Shown piece by piece: positions 30,696 through 40,973 of a DNA stretch of 64,000 nt. Below the pieces are notes generated by a model. It saw only the letters and a list, made by a program, of their open reading frames with translations, had not been told where the DNA came from and searched no databases. This DNA is from Chthoniobacterales bacterium (GTDB lineage: Bacteria > Verrucomicrobiota > Verrucomicrobiia > Chthoniobacterales > JACTMZ01), in NCBI GenBank assembly GCA_044359955.1, contig JBIKLF010000010.1, positions 1,460-65,459 on the forward strand, read 5' to 3'. Both the position numbers and the translations under genes were made by a program. The stretch's first letter is position 1. Every line of letters begins with the position of its first letter.

Positions 30696-31484
30696 TCAAA
30701 AATCGCGGATGTAGCCCGCAAGCCAACCTCCGTCCACCGGCAAGACCGCGCCGTTGATATAAGAAGATTCCGGTGCCGCGAGAAAGCAGACCGCGTGCGC
30801 GACCTCCTCCGCTGTGCCCGGTCGGCCGAGAGGAATGTGATCGAGCAATTCCTGCATCCGCCCGTTGAAACGCGCGCCCTTGCGGTAAAAGAGTCCGCCC
30901 GTTCCCTCCGTGGTAATCGAACCCGGGGCCACGCAGTTGGTGAGGATGCCCATCGGCGCAAGTTCCATGGCCATGGCGCGCGTCAGGTTGACCACCCCGG
31001 CTTTGGCCGCGACGAAGGCGCACTGCAAGCGGGCCGGCACCAGACCAAGCACGGAAGAAATATTGATGATGCGGGCCCCGCCCGCGGACTTTTGCAGGAG
31101 AGGAACAGCGGCGCGACTGACGAGGTATAGACCCGTCAAATCCACCCGGAGAACACGCTCCCACTCGGCCAGGGGGAAGGCGTCGATGTTCACGCGATTT
31201 TCCGCCGCGGTATTGACGCCGGCATTGTTGACCAAGATGTCGAGCCTGCCGGTGCGGGCGAGGACCTCCTCCATGGCGGCAGCCACCGAAGCTTCGTCGG
31301 AGACATCCATTGGCACCGCGAAAGCCCCGGGGAGTTGCGCGGCGCTCTCGCCCGCCGCCGCGAGGTGGATATCCGCGCAAACCAAGCGGGCTCCGCAGGC
31401 GGCCAAGGCCGCCGCAACCGCCCGCCCGATTCCTCCCGCCGCGCCGGTCACCAAAGCGACCTTGCCGTTTAAGTCGCATTTCAT
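30696..31484 (-). CDS. SDR family oxidoreductase
   Basis: TGAAGGIG, NNAG, NISS; FVAAK occupies the YxxxK position. Confidence 0.88.
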   Translation of the reverse strand: MKCDLNGKVALVTGAAGGIGRAVAAALAACGARLVCADIHLAAAGESAAQLPGAFAVPMDVSDEASVAAAMEEVLARTGRLDILVNNAGVNTAAENRVNIDAFPLAEWERVLRVDLTGLYLVSRAAVPLLQKSAGGARIINISSVLGLVPARLQCAFVAAKAGVVNLTRAMAMELAPMGILTNCVAPGSITTEGTGGLFYRKGARFNGRMQELLDHIPLGRPGTAEEVAHAVCFLAAPESSYINGAVLPVDGGWLAGYIRDF

Positions 31485-32740
31485 GCTCTGTTTTTATTTT
31501 GCGTTTCGATGTCGGGGCCCGCGATCCGCGAGGTGTCCGGGGCCAAAAGAAAAGGGGCGGGGTTCGCCACCCCCTGCCGCACATCCTGCAGGAAGCGTGC
31601 AGCTGGCGCGCCGTCCACCACCCGGTGATCGAAGGTCAGGCTCAAGCGCATCGTGTCACGGAAGACGATCGCGCCTTTTTCTCCTTCGGCCGGTTCGCGG
31701 AAGATGGATCCGATGCCGAGCACCGCGGTCTCCGGGTAATTGATGATGGGCGTGAACGACTCGATGTCGAAACTGCCCAGGCTGGTGATGGTGAAGTTGC
31801 CGCCTTGCAGATCTTCCGGAGAGATACGACGCGAACGGGCACTTTCGATCAGTTCGCGCGATTTCCGCGAGACGGCGGCCAGCGGCAAGTTGCCGACATC
31901 CTTGATCACCGGCACGAGCAGGCCCTGCTCGGTATCCACGGCCAAGCCGATGTTGATCGAGTCCGGCAGGAAGATTTCATCGTTTTCCCAGCGCGCGGCG
32001 AGCATGGGGTGCTTGGCCAGGGCGCGGGCCACGACCTTGGCAATGATGTCGTTGTAAGAAGGCACGCCTTCGCCGGCCAAGACTTCCTTCAGTTCGCGTC
32101 GCAGCAAAACCAGGCGGGAGGCATCGCACCGCGCATGCAGGGTGACCGGTGCGGTGGATTGTTTGCTCTGCATCATGCGCGCGGCGATGATGCGCCGGAG
32201 ATTGGCCACCGGCTGACCTCCCACGCCCGGCGAGCTGACCTCCACCGCCATGACATCCTGCTCGCGGATGCGGCCGCCGGTGCCGCCGGGTTCGACGCGG
32301 GACAGATCGACCCCGCGGTTTTTCGCCGCACGCCGCGCACGGGGGCTGGCCGGAGTTTCCCCGGAAACCGCGGCAGCAGGACTGGCCGAAGGCGTTTGGA
32401 CGGCAACGGGCGATGGCGTGACCTGATCGGCCGCCACATCTTCCGGCGTCCCGGCAACCGCGGCAGCGGTCGCGCCAACGGCCGGCGGCTTTTCGCCGGG
32501 CGCGAGAAGATAGCCCAAAACGCGGCCGACTTTGGTCACTTCGCCGGATTGCGGACCATTGGCGGGAAGGTGGAGGATTCCGCTGTCGGTGGCCTCCACT
32601 TCCTGCGCCGCCTTGTCGGTCTCGAGCACGAATAGCGGCTCGCCCGATTTGACCTCCTCGCCCTCGTTTTTCAACCACGACTGGAAGACCCCCTCTTCCA
32701 TCGACCAGCCGAGTCTCGGCAATGTGATTTCGATCGCCAT
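31481..32740 (-). CDS. 2-oxoacid dehydrogenase E2 (dihydrolipoamide acyltransferase)
   Basis: Lipoyl site ETDKA, E3-binding ASPRARR, catalytic DHRVVDG. Confidence 0.92.
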   Translation of the reverse strand: MAIEITLPRLGWSMEEGVFQSWLKNEGEEVKSGEPLFVLETDKAAQEVEATDSGILHLPANGPQSGEVTKVGRVLGYLLAPGEKPPAVGATAAAVAGTPEDVAADQVTPSPVAVQTPSASPAAAVSGETPASPRARRAAKNRGVDLSRVEPGGTGGRIREQDVMAVEVSSPGVGGQPVANLRRIIAARMMQSKQSTAPVTLHARCDASRLVLLRRELKEVLAGEGVPSYNDIIAKVVARALAKHPMLAARWENDEIFLPDSINIGLAVDTEQGLLVPVIKDVGNLPLAAVSRKSRELIESARSRRISPEDLQGGNFTITSLGSFDIESFTPIINYPETAVLGIGSIFREPAEGEKGAIVFRDTMRLSLTFDHRVVDGAPAARFLQDVRQGVANPAPFLLAPDTSRIAGPDIETQNKNRA

Positions 32741-32757
32741 ACGTCGTGATCCTCCTC

Positions 32758-34806
32758 TTATTCCGCGTGCAGACTCCTGATCGCCGCGGCGATCTGCTCT
32801 GTCCCCGGCGCGACCGCGGCCTCCAGCGGCGGGCTGTAGGGCGTCGGCGAAGGCAAGCCATTCAAGCGCCGGATCGGCGCATCAAGTTCGTCGAACCCGT
32901 GCTCGGCCATCTGTGCGGCGATCTCGGCACCCAGACCGCAGGGCGCGAAGGATTCCTCCACGACCAGCAGGCGCCCGGTCTTGGCCACGGAGCCGAGGAT
33001 TGTCTTGGTATCCAGAGGCGAGGCCGTGCGCGGATCGATCACTTCGACTGAGATTCCCTCCTCCGCAAGTTTCGCCGCCACTTCGAGCACCCGGTGCAGC
33101 ATCAGGCCGAGGGAAACAACGGTGAGATCCGAACCCTCGCGCACCACGGCGGCACGACCGAAGTCGATATAGTATTCGCCTTCCGGCACCGGACCCTTGA
33201 CCGAGAGCAGTTCGCGGTGTTCCAGAAAAAGAACCGGATCGTTGCATGTCAGCGCCGTTTTCAAGAGCCCCTTCGCATCGCGCGGTGTCGACGGCACGAC
33301 CACGCGCAAACCCGGGAAGTTGGCATACATCGAATAATAGCTTCCGGAGTGGTGCGTGGCCGCGGCATGGCCGATGCCAATGCAGCCGCGGAGCAAGACG
33401 GGCATCTTGAGACGTCCGCTGCTCATGTATTGGACCTTGGCGATCTGGTTGATGATCTCGCCCGCGGCATCCAGCACGAAGTCGGCGAACATGAAGTCGA
33501 CCACTGGTCGAGTGCCGCTCATTGCTGCGCCGCAGGCCAGCCCGACGAAGCCCCGCTCGCAGATGGGCGTGTCCCGCAGCCGATCCGGACCGTAGAGGGC
33601 GTGAAGTCCCGTCGTGGTGGCGAAGTTGCCGCCGCGCTCGCCGACACCTTCGCCGAGGACAAAGATGCGGGGATTTTTGGCCATCTCTTCGCTCAACGCC
33701 TCGTGCGTTGCTTTCATGTAGGTGAGTTCGCGGACCGGGCCGGCAACGGCAGGCACATCGCGCGATGTGCTTTCCGAGACGGCGTAGACGTGGTCGGTGG
33801 CCGTCTCCCGCGCCGGATAGGGACTTTTCTCGGCGCGAAGGTGCGCCTGACCGACCGCTTCGTCGATCTCGGCATCAAGCGCGGCGAGTTCGGCTTCGGG
33901 CACGATGTCCTCCTTGATGAGGTATTTGCGCAAGCGCGCCAAGGGACAACGCTGCTTCCATTCCTCGACCTCTTCCTTGGTGCGGTAGCCGAAATCGCCC
34001 ATGCCCTCGGCATGCGGACGCGTGCGGTAAGTTTTGCACTCGATCAGCGTGGGCCCTTCCCCGCGGCGCGCCCTCGCGATCGCGGCGCGGCCGGCCGCCT
34101 CCACCGCGAGCACGTCGTTGCCGTCGACCGCCACCGACTCGATGCCGTAGGCCGCACCGCGCGCGGCCACGCTGGGATTGCCGGCGGCGTAAGCGAAGGA
34201 TACTTCCGTGGCATAGCCGTTGTTCTCGCAGACAAAAAGCACCGGCAACCGCCAGATGCTCGCCATGTTCAGTCCCTCGTGGAACGCGCCGTTGTTGACC
34301 GCGCCGTCCCCGAAAAATGCCACGGCCACTTGGTCCGTCTTGAGCAGGCGGAAACTGTAGCCCGCGCCGGCGGCCTGCAGAATGCACGGACCGACAATGC
34401 CGCTCGTGCCAAGCATGCCGATCTCGGGCGCAAAAAGATGCATGCTCCCGCCGCGGCCTCGCGAGCAGCCTTCAGCGCGGCCGTAAAGCTCCGCGATCAG
34501 TTCGAAAGGCTCCATGCCTTTGGCCAAGGCGTGGCCATGCCCCCGGTGTGTGCTAAAAACCGCGTCGTCGGGACGCAGGTTGGCGCAAATTCCGGCGGCC
34601 ACGGCTTCCTGTCCGACGTAAGTATGACACGCGCCGTGGATGAGCCCCTTCTGGTGGGACCGCGCCAAGCGCTCCTCGACCGCGCGGATGATCAGCATGC
34701 GGCGGTAAAGATCGCGAGCATCGGGCGCCACGTCCGATGCCGCGGCGGCGCGCGAGGACGGTTTTTTTCCGGCAGCCGTTTTCGCCGGTTTGGTTTTCAG
34801 CTTCAT
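32758..34806 (-). CDS. Fused E1 alpha/beta 2-oxoacid (acetoin/pyruvate-like) dehydrogenase
   Basis: GQEA, THRGHGH, GRGGSMH, GDGA..N TPP motif, then DTPICE and FLEHR beta domain. Confidence 0.92.
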   Translation of the reverse strand: MKLKTKPAKTAAGKKPSSRAAAASDVAPDARDLYRRMLIIRAVEERLARSHQKGLIHGACHTYVGQEAVAAGICANLRPDDAVFSTHRGHGHALAKGMEPFELIAELYGRAEGCSRGRGGSMHLFAPEIGMLGTSGIVGPCILQAAGAGYSFRLLKTDQVAVAFFGDGAVNNGAFHEGLNMASIWRLPVLFVCENNGYATEVSFAYAAGNPSVAARGAAYGIESVAVDGNDVLAVEAAGRAAIARARRGEGPTLIECKTYRTRPHAEGMGDFGYRTKEEVEEWKQRCPLARLRKYLIKEDIVPEAELAALDAEIDEAVGQAHLRAEKSPYPARETATDHVYAVSESTSRDVPAVAGPVRELTYMKATHEALSEEMAKNPRIFVLGEGVGERGGNFATTTGLHALYGPDRLRDTPICERGFVGLACGAAMSGTRPVVDFMFADFVLDAAGEIINQIAKVQYMSSGRLKMPVLLRGCIGIGHAAATHHSGSYYSMYANFPGLRVVVPSTPRDAKGLLKTALTCNDPVLFLEHRELLSVKGPVPEGEYYIDFGRAAVVREGSDLTVVSLGLMLHRVLEVAAKLAEEGISVEVIDPRTASPLDTKTILGSVAKTGRLLVVEESFAPCGLGAEIAAQMAEHGFDELDAPIRRLNGLPSPTPYSPPLEAAVAPGTEQIAAAIRSLHAE

Positions 34807-35153
34807 GTGGCGGGAGTGTCTGTTTGGGAAGAAAGAGCGCGCAGGACTTCGGGCAAATGAACGAAGGCCGGGCCGCCGGCCATCATCACGGCCACGCCAG
34901 CCGCTTCGATCACCTGCTCGCGGGTCGCTCCGGCTTTGAGGGCCTCGGCGGTGTGGATGTGGATGCATCCGGTGCAGCCCTGCGCCAATCCCACCGCGGC
35001 GGCGATCAATTCTTTTTCGCGCTGGGAAAGGGCTCCGGGTTGCATGAGTGCGTGGTGCATGCCCCCGAAAGCTTTGGCTACTTCGGGCGCCTGGGAACGC
35101 AGAGCGGCAAAGTCGCGCTGCCAATCGGCGAGGGGGGCGGTAGGAGTGTTCAT
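34803..35153 (-). CDS. Carboxymuconolactone decarboxylase/AhpD-family protein
   Basis: KELIA..CTGCIHIH..GATREQ. Confidence 0.85.
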   Translation of the reverse strand: MNTPTAPLADWQRDFAALRSQAPEVAKAFGGMHHALMQPGALSQREKELIAAAVGLAQGCTGCIHIHTAEALKAGATREQVIEAAGVAVMMAGGPAFVHLPEVLRALSSQTDTPAT

Positions 35154-35172
35154 AGTGAGGAGCAATGGGCGG

Positions 35173-35970
35173 TCAGCCGATGACGGGATTGGTCAGTGTG
35201 CCGATTTTTTCGATTTCAATGCTCACCACGTCACCATCTTTGAGGAAGACGGGTGGTTTTCTCGCCGCACCGATGCCGTGCGGCGTGCCGGTCAGGATGA
35301 CGGTGCCCGGCAGCAGTGTCGTGTCCGCGGTCAGGAACTCGATCAGGGTGGGGACATCGAAAATCATGTCATCGGTATTCCAGTCCTGCATGACTTTCCC
35401 GTTCAGGATGGTCTTGATGCGCAGCTTGTTCGGATCGGGTATTTCATCCCTGAGCACAAGGCAGGGACCCAAGGGCGCGAAGGTGTCGAACGTCTTGCCG
35501 CGGCACCATTGCCCTCCTCCCCATTTCATCTGCCAGTCACGGGCGCTCACATCATTGGCGCAGGTGTAGCCAAGCACGTGGTCAAGGGCGTCCGCCCGCG
35601 TCACGTTGCGCGCCGTCTTTCCGATGACCAGCGCCAACTCGCATTCATAATCCACCTCGGTGCTTTTCAAGCGCCGGGGGAGCTGGATCGGGTCCCCGGG
35701 ATTCTGCACCGCGGAGGGCAATTTCATGAAGACCACCGGAAACTCGGGAACCGCTTGGTTTCCCTCCTCGGCATGGCGGCGGTAATTGAGACCGATGCAG
35801 ACCAGCGAAGTTGGGACGACCGGGGCGAGGAGTTTGCCAAGAGCCACCGCTTCCCCGGTGACCCGGAAATTGTTGAAGATGTCACCCTCGATACGGCAAA
35901 CGGTTCCGTCGGGCTGCGCAGATCCGTATTGAACGGATCCATCGGCAAGTTTGTGTCGAATGATTTTCAT
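35173..35970 (-). CDS. Fumarylacetoacetate hydrolase family protein
   Basis: IGLNY, DYECEL, NDVSARD, GKTFDTF, TGTP. Confidence 0.92.
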   Translation of the reverse strand: MKIIRHKLADGSVQYGSAQPDGTVCRIEGDIFNNFRVTGEAVALGKLLAPVVPTSLVCIGLNYRRHAEEGNQAVPEFPVVFMKLPSAVQNPGDPIQLPRRLKSTEVDYECELALVIGKTARNVTRADALDHVLGYTCANDVSARDWQMKWGGGQWCRGKTFDTFAPLGPCLVLRDEIPDPNKLRIKTILNGKVMQDWNTDDMIFDVPTLIEFLTADTTLLPGTVILTGTPHGIGAARKPPVFLKDGDVVSIEIEKIGTLTNPVIG

Positions 35971-35974
35971 GGAA

Positions 35975-37585
35975 TCAGTTGTCTGCGGAACAATCGGGAG
36001 CCATCGCGAGATCATGGCTGCTCCCGGTTCTTTTTACGGTGCTCCCGTCCTCGGTTGGTTGGGAGCGATGGCGACGGCCGGAATGCGGCGCCAAGCCGAG
36101 CCGCTCCTCAGACCGGCGGGTCGTTTCATCAAACAAAGCCGCACTGCCCGGCGCGCTGAGGTTCCGGTCGAAGGTCGGGATCATCTCCCTCATGCGCTCT
36201 TGCCCTGCGGAGCCGACAAGCAAATGAGGAAGGCAGCTTTTGATAACTTCGAGGGCGATGTTCACCGAAACCGAGGCCCCGGGCGATGCACCCAGCAGGG
36301 CTGCGACAGATTTGTCGGTCGAGAAAAAAACCTCGGTGCCGAAGTAGACCGCTCCTCGGTCCGCTCTTTTGATCGTCTGGACCCGGATTCCCGCTTGCAC
36401 CAAACGCCAATCCTCGGCCCGGGCGCGGGGATAAAATTCACGGAGCGCTGCCAAGCGATGATTCATGGTTTGCAGGGCTTGGGTCACGAGGTAGGAGACC
36501 AGCGGGAGGTTGCTCACACCGGCGCGCAGCAAGGTGGTCAAGTTGTCAGGGCGGACAGATAAAGGGAGGTCAAGCAAGGTTCCCGTCTTTTTGAGAAAAC
36601 GGGTCGTCCATGAGCCGAAGGGGCCGAACATGAGTTGGCAGCGACCGTCGAGCCGACGCTGGTCGAGGTGAGGCGCCCCCAGGCTCGGCGCCGAGGGAGG
36701 TGTGGCGCCGTAAACCTTCGCGGCATGACGGGCGCAGACAGACGGCTCATCGCAAACCAGCCACTGTCCGCCGATGGGAAAGCCCCCCAACCCCGCCACT
36801 TCGGGCAGTCCGGTCGATTGGAGAAGCGGAAGGCTTCCTCCCCCGGCCCCGACAAAAACAAACTTTGCGGAGTGCCGGCGTTTCTCGCCCGTGGTGACGT
36901 TTTTCACCGTGAGATGCCACTCCCCCGTGCCGCGTTGCAGGCGGATCGCCTTCCACCCCGGGGCGACGGCGCAATTTTCCTGCTGCGAAAGCCAATCGCA
37001 CAGTTTGCGGGCCAACAAACCGAAATCCACTTCCGTGCCGGGGCCGGTTGTGGCGGCAACGGGACCGGGCTCGCGGCCCTCCATCACGAGCGGTGCCCAG
37101 CTTTCGATGTCGGACGGATCCGCGCTCAACCTCATTTCACGAAAAAAGTGATGCTCCTTCATCGCCGCATACCTCGCCTTGAGAAAATCAACGCCCTCCG
37201 CACCCTGCATAAAACAGATATGAGGCACGGGATGGATAAAATCCGCAGGGTCGCCGGCCATCCCGTTGACCGCGGCATATCCCCAGAATTGCTTCGAGTG
37301 CTCGAATTGCTCGAATATCTGGAGCGCCCTGTCGATCGGGACCCGGCCCGAGCCATCCCGTTCCGTCGTGTAGCTGATCTCGCAAACCCCCGCGTGCCCG
37401 GTCCCGGCATTGTTCCAACCGTTCGATGCCTCGCGGGCCAGTTCCGGCGTCACCTCGATCATTTGGATGCGGAGCCGCGGTTCGAGCCGTTTCAACATCG
37501 CACCGAGGCTCGCCGACATGATTCCGCTGCCGATCAGCATGACATCGGAGCTGTCTGACACGGAGTTGGATACCAGGCAGGACAT
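35975..37585 (-). CDS. mqo: Malate:quinone oxidoreductase
   Basis: IGSGIMS, WNNAGTGH, PHLD, AGIRVQTIK, LLGASPGAS. Confidence 0.88.
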   Translation of the reverse strand: MSCLVSNSVSDSSDVMLIGSGIMSASLGAMLKRLEPRLRIQMIEVTPELAREASNGWNNAGTGHAGVCEISYTTERDGSGRVPIDRALQIFEQFEHSKQFWGYAAVNGMAGDPADFIHPVPHICFMQGAEGVDFLKARYAAMKEHHFFREMRLSADPSDIESWAPLVMEGREPGPVAATTGPGTEVDFGLLARKLCDWLSQQENCAVAPGWKAIRLQRGTGEWHLTVKNVTTGEKRRHSAKFVFVGAGGGSLPLLQSTGLPEVAGLGGFPIGGQWLVCDEPSVCARHAAKVYGATPPSAPSLGAPHLDQRRLDGRCQLMFGPFGSWTTRFLKKTGTLLDLPLSVRPDNLTTLLRAGVSNLPLVSYLVTQALQTMNHRLAALREFYPRARAEDWRLVQAGIRVQTIKRADRGAVYFGTEVFFSTDKSVAALLGASPGASVSVNIALEVIKSCLPHLLVGSAGQERMREMIPTFDRNLSAPGSAALFDETTRRSEERLGLAPHSGRRHRSQPTEDGSTVKRTGSSHDLAMAPDCSADN

Positions 37586-37599
37586 TGCTTTCGGGAATC

Positions 37600-38568
37600 T
37601 CAAGACACCCCGTTGACCACGTTCGGCAGTCGCTCGCCGCGAATCGCCTGCATGGCGACGGATACGGCTGTTTCGCGCAGGGTGCGCACGGCCTCGGGAC
37701 TGACGGAGGCGACATGCGCGGCGAGGATGACGTTCGGCATCGAGCGGACAGGATGATCGGCAGGGATCGGCTCGGGGTCGAACACGTCGAGCGCCGCACC
37801 CGCAAGGTGTCCTGATTGCAGCGCCTCCGTCAGCGCGGTGCTGTCGACCAGGTCGCCGCGACCCACGTTGACAAAAAACGATCCGCGCTTCATTTTCCGG
37901 AACGCCGCCGCGTTGAACATTTGCCTGGTGGCGGGCAGCGAAGGGCAATGCGGGGAGATGATGTCGCTCTGCGCGAGGAGTTCATCGAAGGTCGCAGCCG
38001 GTTGCGCTCCCGTCGCCGCGATCTGCGCGGCATCCACCACCGGATCGAAAACGAGAACCCGCGCCTTGAAACCCGACAGGCGCTTGACCACCTCGCGACC
38101 GATGCGGCCGAAACCGACGATGCCGACCGTGGTGTTTTTCAGCGCCTGCATTCCGCCGACCGGCGTGGCAAGGCCCCAACCGCCGGAGCGCACAAGCAGC
38201 GCGTTCGGCACCACTTGCCGCGTGCCGGCCAGAACGAAGGCCAGCGTGTGGTCCGCGACTTCGTCGACGCAATATTCCGGAATATTGCACACGGGAATGC
38301 CGCGCCCGCGGGCCGCGGCGCAATCCACGTTGTCATAGCCGATCCCGTAGCGCACGATGACTTTGGCCTTGTCCATCGAGTCGATCACTTCGGCGTTGAC
38401 CGTCGCGAACTGGGTGATGACCGCATCGGCCGCGCGCACCAGACCGGCAATTTCGGCCGGCGGGCGCTTTTCCTTGAATGAAACGATTTCTACTCCGGCG
38501 GGACGGGCGAGGGCTTCCTCGATGCCCAAGTCGGGAAAAGAGTAGTCAGTGATGGCAATGGTCGGCAT
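37600..38568 (-). CDS. D-2-hydroxyacid dehydrogenase (CtBP/SerA-like)
   Basis: RYGIGYDNVD, GFGRIG, NVGRG, LDVFDPEP, AH. Confidence 0.9.
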   Translation of the reverse strand: MPTIAITDYSFPDLGIEEALARPAGVEIVSFKEKRPPAEIAGLVRAADAVITQFATVNAEVIDSMDKAKVIVRYGIGYDNVDCAAARGRGIPVCNIPEYCVDEVADHTLAFVLAGTRQVVPNALLVRSGGWGLATPVGGMQALKNTTVGIVGFGRIGREVVKRLSGFKARVLVFDPVVDAAQIAATGAQPAATFDELLAQSDIISPHCPSLPATRQMFNAAAFRKMKRGSFFVNVGRGDLVDSTALTEALQSGHLAGAALDVFDPEPIPADHPVRSMPNVILAAHVASVSPEAVRTLRETAVSVAMQAIRGERLPNVVNGVS

Positions 38569-38903
38569 AAATTCGGACTCAAGAAATTCGGTGCCCGGCG
38601 CTCCTGCAAGCCGGGGCGGCTGGGCCCCGCGACCACGGTGCCTCGGTCGGCCCGCGCGCGGCGCGCACGATTGCGGCCGTTTCAGCTCCGTCGTCTTGAT
38701 CCCCTTTCATCGTTGTTTGTCCCCTTCTCCGCCGCAGACCTCGCGACCGGGGAATGGCCAAGCAACCGTATGGTCGGCTCCGCCATGGTCTCGACGGCCC
38801 GCGAAAGGCGCCAATCCGGGACTTCTCAGTCTACGCTCCGGCAAACGAGGCCGAGTCATGTCATCGGTGGAGCAGAACACAATATTGAATTTTGGGGCAC
38901 CGA

Positions 38904-38959
38904 CCCGATTCCCGCCACCTTTATTGCCCACAGTCTTGGCCTCTTTTCCGATCATGCCG
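38904..38959 (-). promoter_or_regulatory. Conserved 56-bp upstream motif, copy 1 (putative AraC operator/promoter)
   Basis: 48/56 identical to 40843-40898; both lie upstream of minus-strand catabolic genes. Confidence 0.55.
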
Positions 38960-39172
38960 AGGGGTAGTGTGCCGAAACTTCAGCAAAAAAGGAGAGATAA
39001 AGAGCGTAAACAAGCCGAGCAAAGAAGGAGATCCATTTGCCCGCTGAAAATCGTCGTGTCGGCAAAAGGTATGCTGTCACGGTTGCCACAATTTCACACC
39101 CGCTGCGAAAACCCGCAACCGCGCTGGTCGCGGGCGCAATCCGTTCCCACGCGGGATGGTGCGGCTCTCGTG

Positions 39173-40009
39173 TCATAATCCGGGCACATACCCCCGGCCG
39201 AACTGGGTGGTCATGGGTTGCTTGAACTGCTCGCCGAAAGGCATCCACGAGGTGGTGCCCCCGTCGACCACGAGGGTCTGGCCGACAATGTAGCGGCCGG
39301 CCTCCGAGGCGAGGAACACGGCCACCCCGGCAATGTCGTCCGGCGTGCCGGCAAAACCGCACGGGATATTCCGCCCCAGAGCCCGGATGGCCTGCCCGGC
39401 TTCGGCGGCCGGGGTCGACTTGAAATGGTTTTCCACCGGCACGGCGCCCGGCGCGATGCCCGCCACCCGCACGCCGCGAGGCCCGAGTTCGATGGCCAGC
39501 TGCCGGGTGAAGGAGATGATGGCGCCCCGCGTGCCGGCATACACCGAGTGCTCGGTGTAGCCCTGGTAGGCATGGATCGAGGAGATGTTGAGGACCACGC
39601 CCCGGCTCTGCTCGAGGGCGGGCAGCACGGCCTGGGTCAGAAAATACGGCGCGCGGACATTGACCGCGTAGAGCAGGTCGAATTGCTCGGCGGTCGTCGT
39701 GGCGAACGGACGGTTCATGGTGATGCCGGCGTTGTTGACCACGACATCCAGCCCCCCCAGGAACGCGACGGCCCCGGCGGCCAATTCTTGCAGCGGCTCG
39801 AGGCGGGCGAAGTCCGCTTGGAAGGCGGCCGCTTTTCCTCCACTTTCCAAAATTTCGCGGACCACCGCTTCCGCCCCCGCGGGGCTGCTCGAGTAATGCA
39901 CGGCCACCGCCGCCCCCTCGCGCGCAAAAGCCAGCGCGATGGCCCGGCCGAGGCCGGTGCCCGCACCGGTCACGAGCACGCGCCGGCCGGCCGTTCCGGC
40001 ATGGCTCAT
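39173..40009 (-). CDS. SDR family oxidoreductase
   Basis: TGAGTGLG, NNAG, NISS, YAGTR. Confidence 0.88.
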   Translation of the reverse strand: MSHAGTAGRRVLVTGAGTGLGRAIALAFAREGAAVAVHYSSSPAGAEAVVREILESGGKAAAFQADFARLEPLQELAAGAVAFLGGLDVVVNNAGITMNRPFATTTAEQFDLLYAVNVRAPYFLTQAVLPALEQSRGVVLNISSIHAYQGYTEHSVYAGTRGAIISFTRQLAIELGPRGVRVAGIAPGAVPVENHFKSTPAAEAGQAIRALGRNIPCGFAGTPDDIAGVAVFLASEAGRYIVGQTLVVDGGTTSWMPFGEQFKQPMTTQFGRGYVPGL

Positions 40010-40821
40010 GGCGCACCTCCTCCGGACGGCGGCGTCCCCCCGAGGATCAATTCCTCGCCGGGTCGGAGCAGCTTGGCCTCGACTTGCGGGCAAAATTTTG
40101 CGCAAGCATGGACGAACCCGGCCGGATCGCCCGCGCCCTGTTCGGCGAGGGTCCAAAAATGACACGGGATCGCCATCCCGGGCGCGGCCTCGGCCACCAT
40201 GCGGGCGGCGTCGATATGGTTCATGTTGCCGAACGTCCCGTTGATGACGGTCAAAACCACGTGGGGCTTCAGGTCGTAGAGCGGCTGGAAGAACTTGGGC
40301 CGCCAGGAGGAATCCCCCGAGACCATGACCCGGATACCGCCGAAATCCAAAAGGAAAGACAGGGCCGTGGGGGAGAAATCGCCGTGGTCGGCCGGCACGG
40401 TATGCACGACCAGATCCTCCAGGTCGTAGCGCTGGTGCGGATCGAGCCGGAGGCGACGGTCCTCCGTCACGCCCGCCTCGGCCAACCCGGCCGAGCAACC
40501 GGACGGACCGGCAAACCGGCAGGCCGGGTTGAGGCGCGCGATCTCCGGGATCGCATCGGGGTCGAGATGGTCGGTGTGCTCATGGGTCAGGATCACCCAG
40601 TCCGCCTCGACCTCGCGGGCCGTCAGGGCCGGAAGCGACAGCCGCTTGAATCCGTGGATGCGTTCACAGGCATCGGACAAATAGGGATCGAGAAAAAAAC
40701 GCCGCCCTGCCGCCGTGCGGAAAAGGAAGCCCGCCTGGCCGAGCCACGTGAGACCGAGGCCGCCGGCTGGAACCTCGGCCTGCACACTGGGAGCTGCCGT
40801 GACGCCGGTGGAACAAGACAC
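40006..40821 (-). CDS. Metallo-beta-lactamase-fold hydrolase (UlaG-like lactonase)
   Basis: WLGQAGF, DPYLS, THEHTDHLD, GD, IPCH; start approximate. Confidence 0.82.
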   Translation of the reverse strand: MSCSTGVTAAPSVQAEVPAGGLGLTWLGQAGFLFRTAAGRRFFLDPYLSDACERIHGFKRLSLPALTAREVEADWVILTHEHTDHLDPDAIPEIARLNPACRFAGPSGCSAGLAEAGVTEDRRLRLDPHQRYDLEDLVVHTVPADHGDFSPTALSFLLDFGGIRVMVSGDSSWRPKFFQPLYDLKPHVVLTVINGTFGNMNHIDAARMVAEAAPGMAIPCHFWTLAEQGAGDPAGFVHACAKFCPQVEAKLLRPGEELILGGTPPSGGGAP

Positions 40822-40842
40822 TTGACAACACTGGGCCAGCAG

Positions 40843-40898
40843 CCCGATTCCCGCCACCTTTATTGACCACAGGATCCACCTGTTTTCCGAGCATGCCG
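40843..40898 (-). promoter_or_regulatory. Conserved 56-bp upstream motif, copy 2
   Basis: See 38904-38959. Confidence 0.55.
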
Positions 40899-40973
40899 CG
40901 GACGCGCCGGGAAGGTTCGGCGGCGCGCTTTGCGAAAAACAGCGGATGGCATTCGGGGGCGCCGGGCTTGCTT

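Noticed and set aside
38579-38900. Riboswitch or small ORF in the long leader before the 2-hydroxyacid dehydrogenase
   Set aside because: Only small hairpins and an unconvincing ORF; I could not match a known aptamer by eye (an Rfam scan would settle it).
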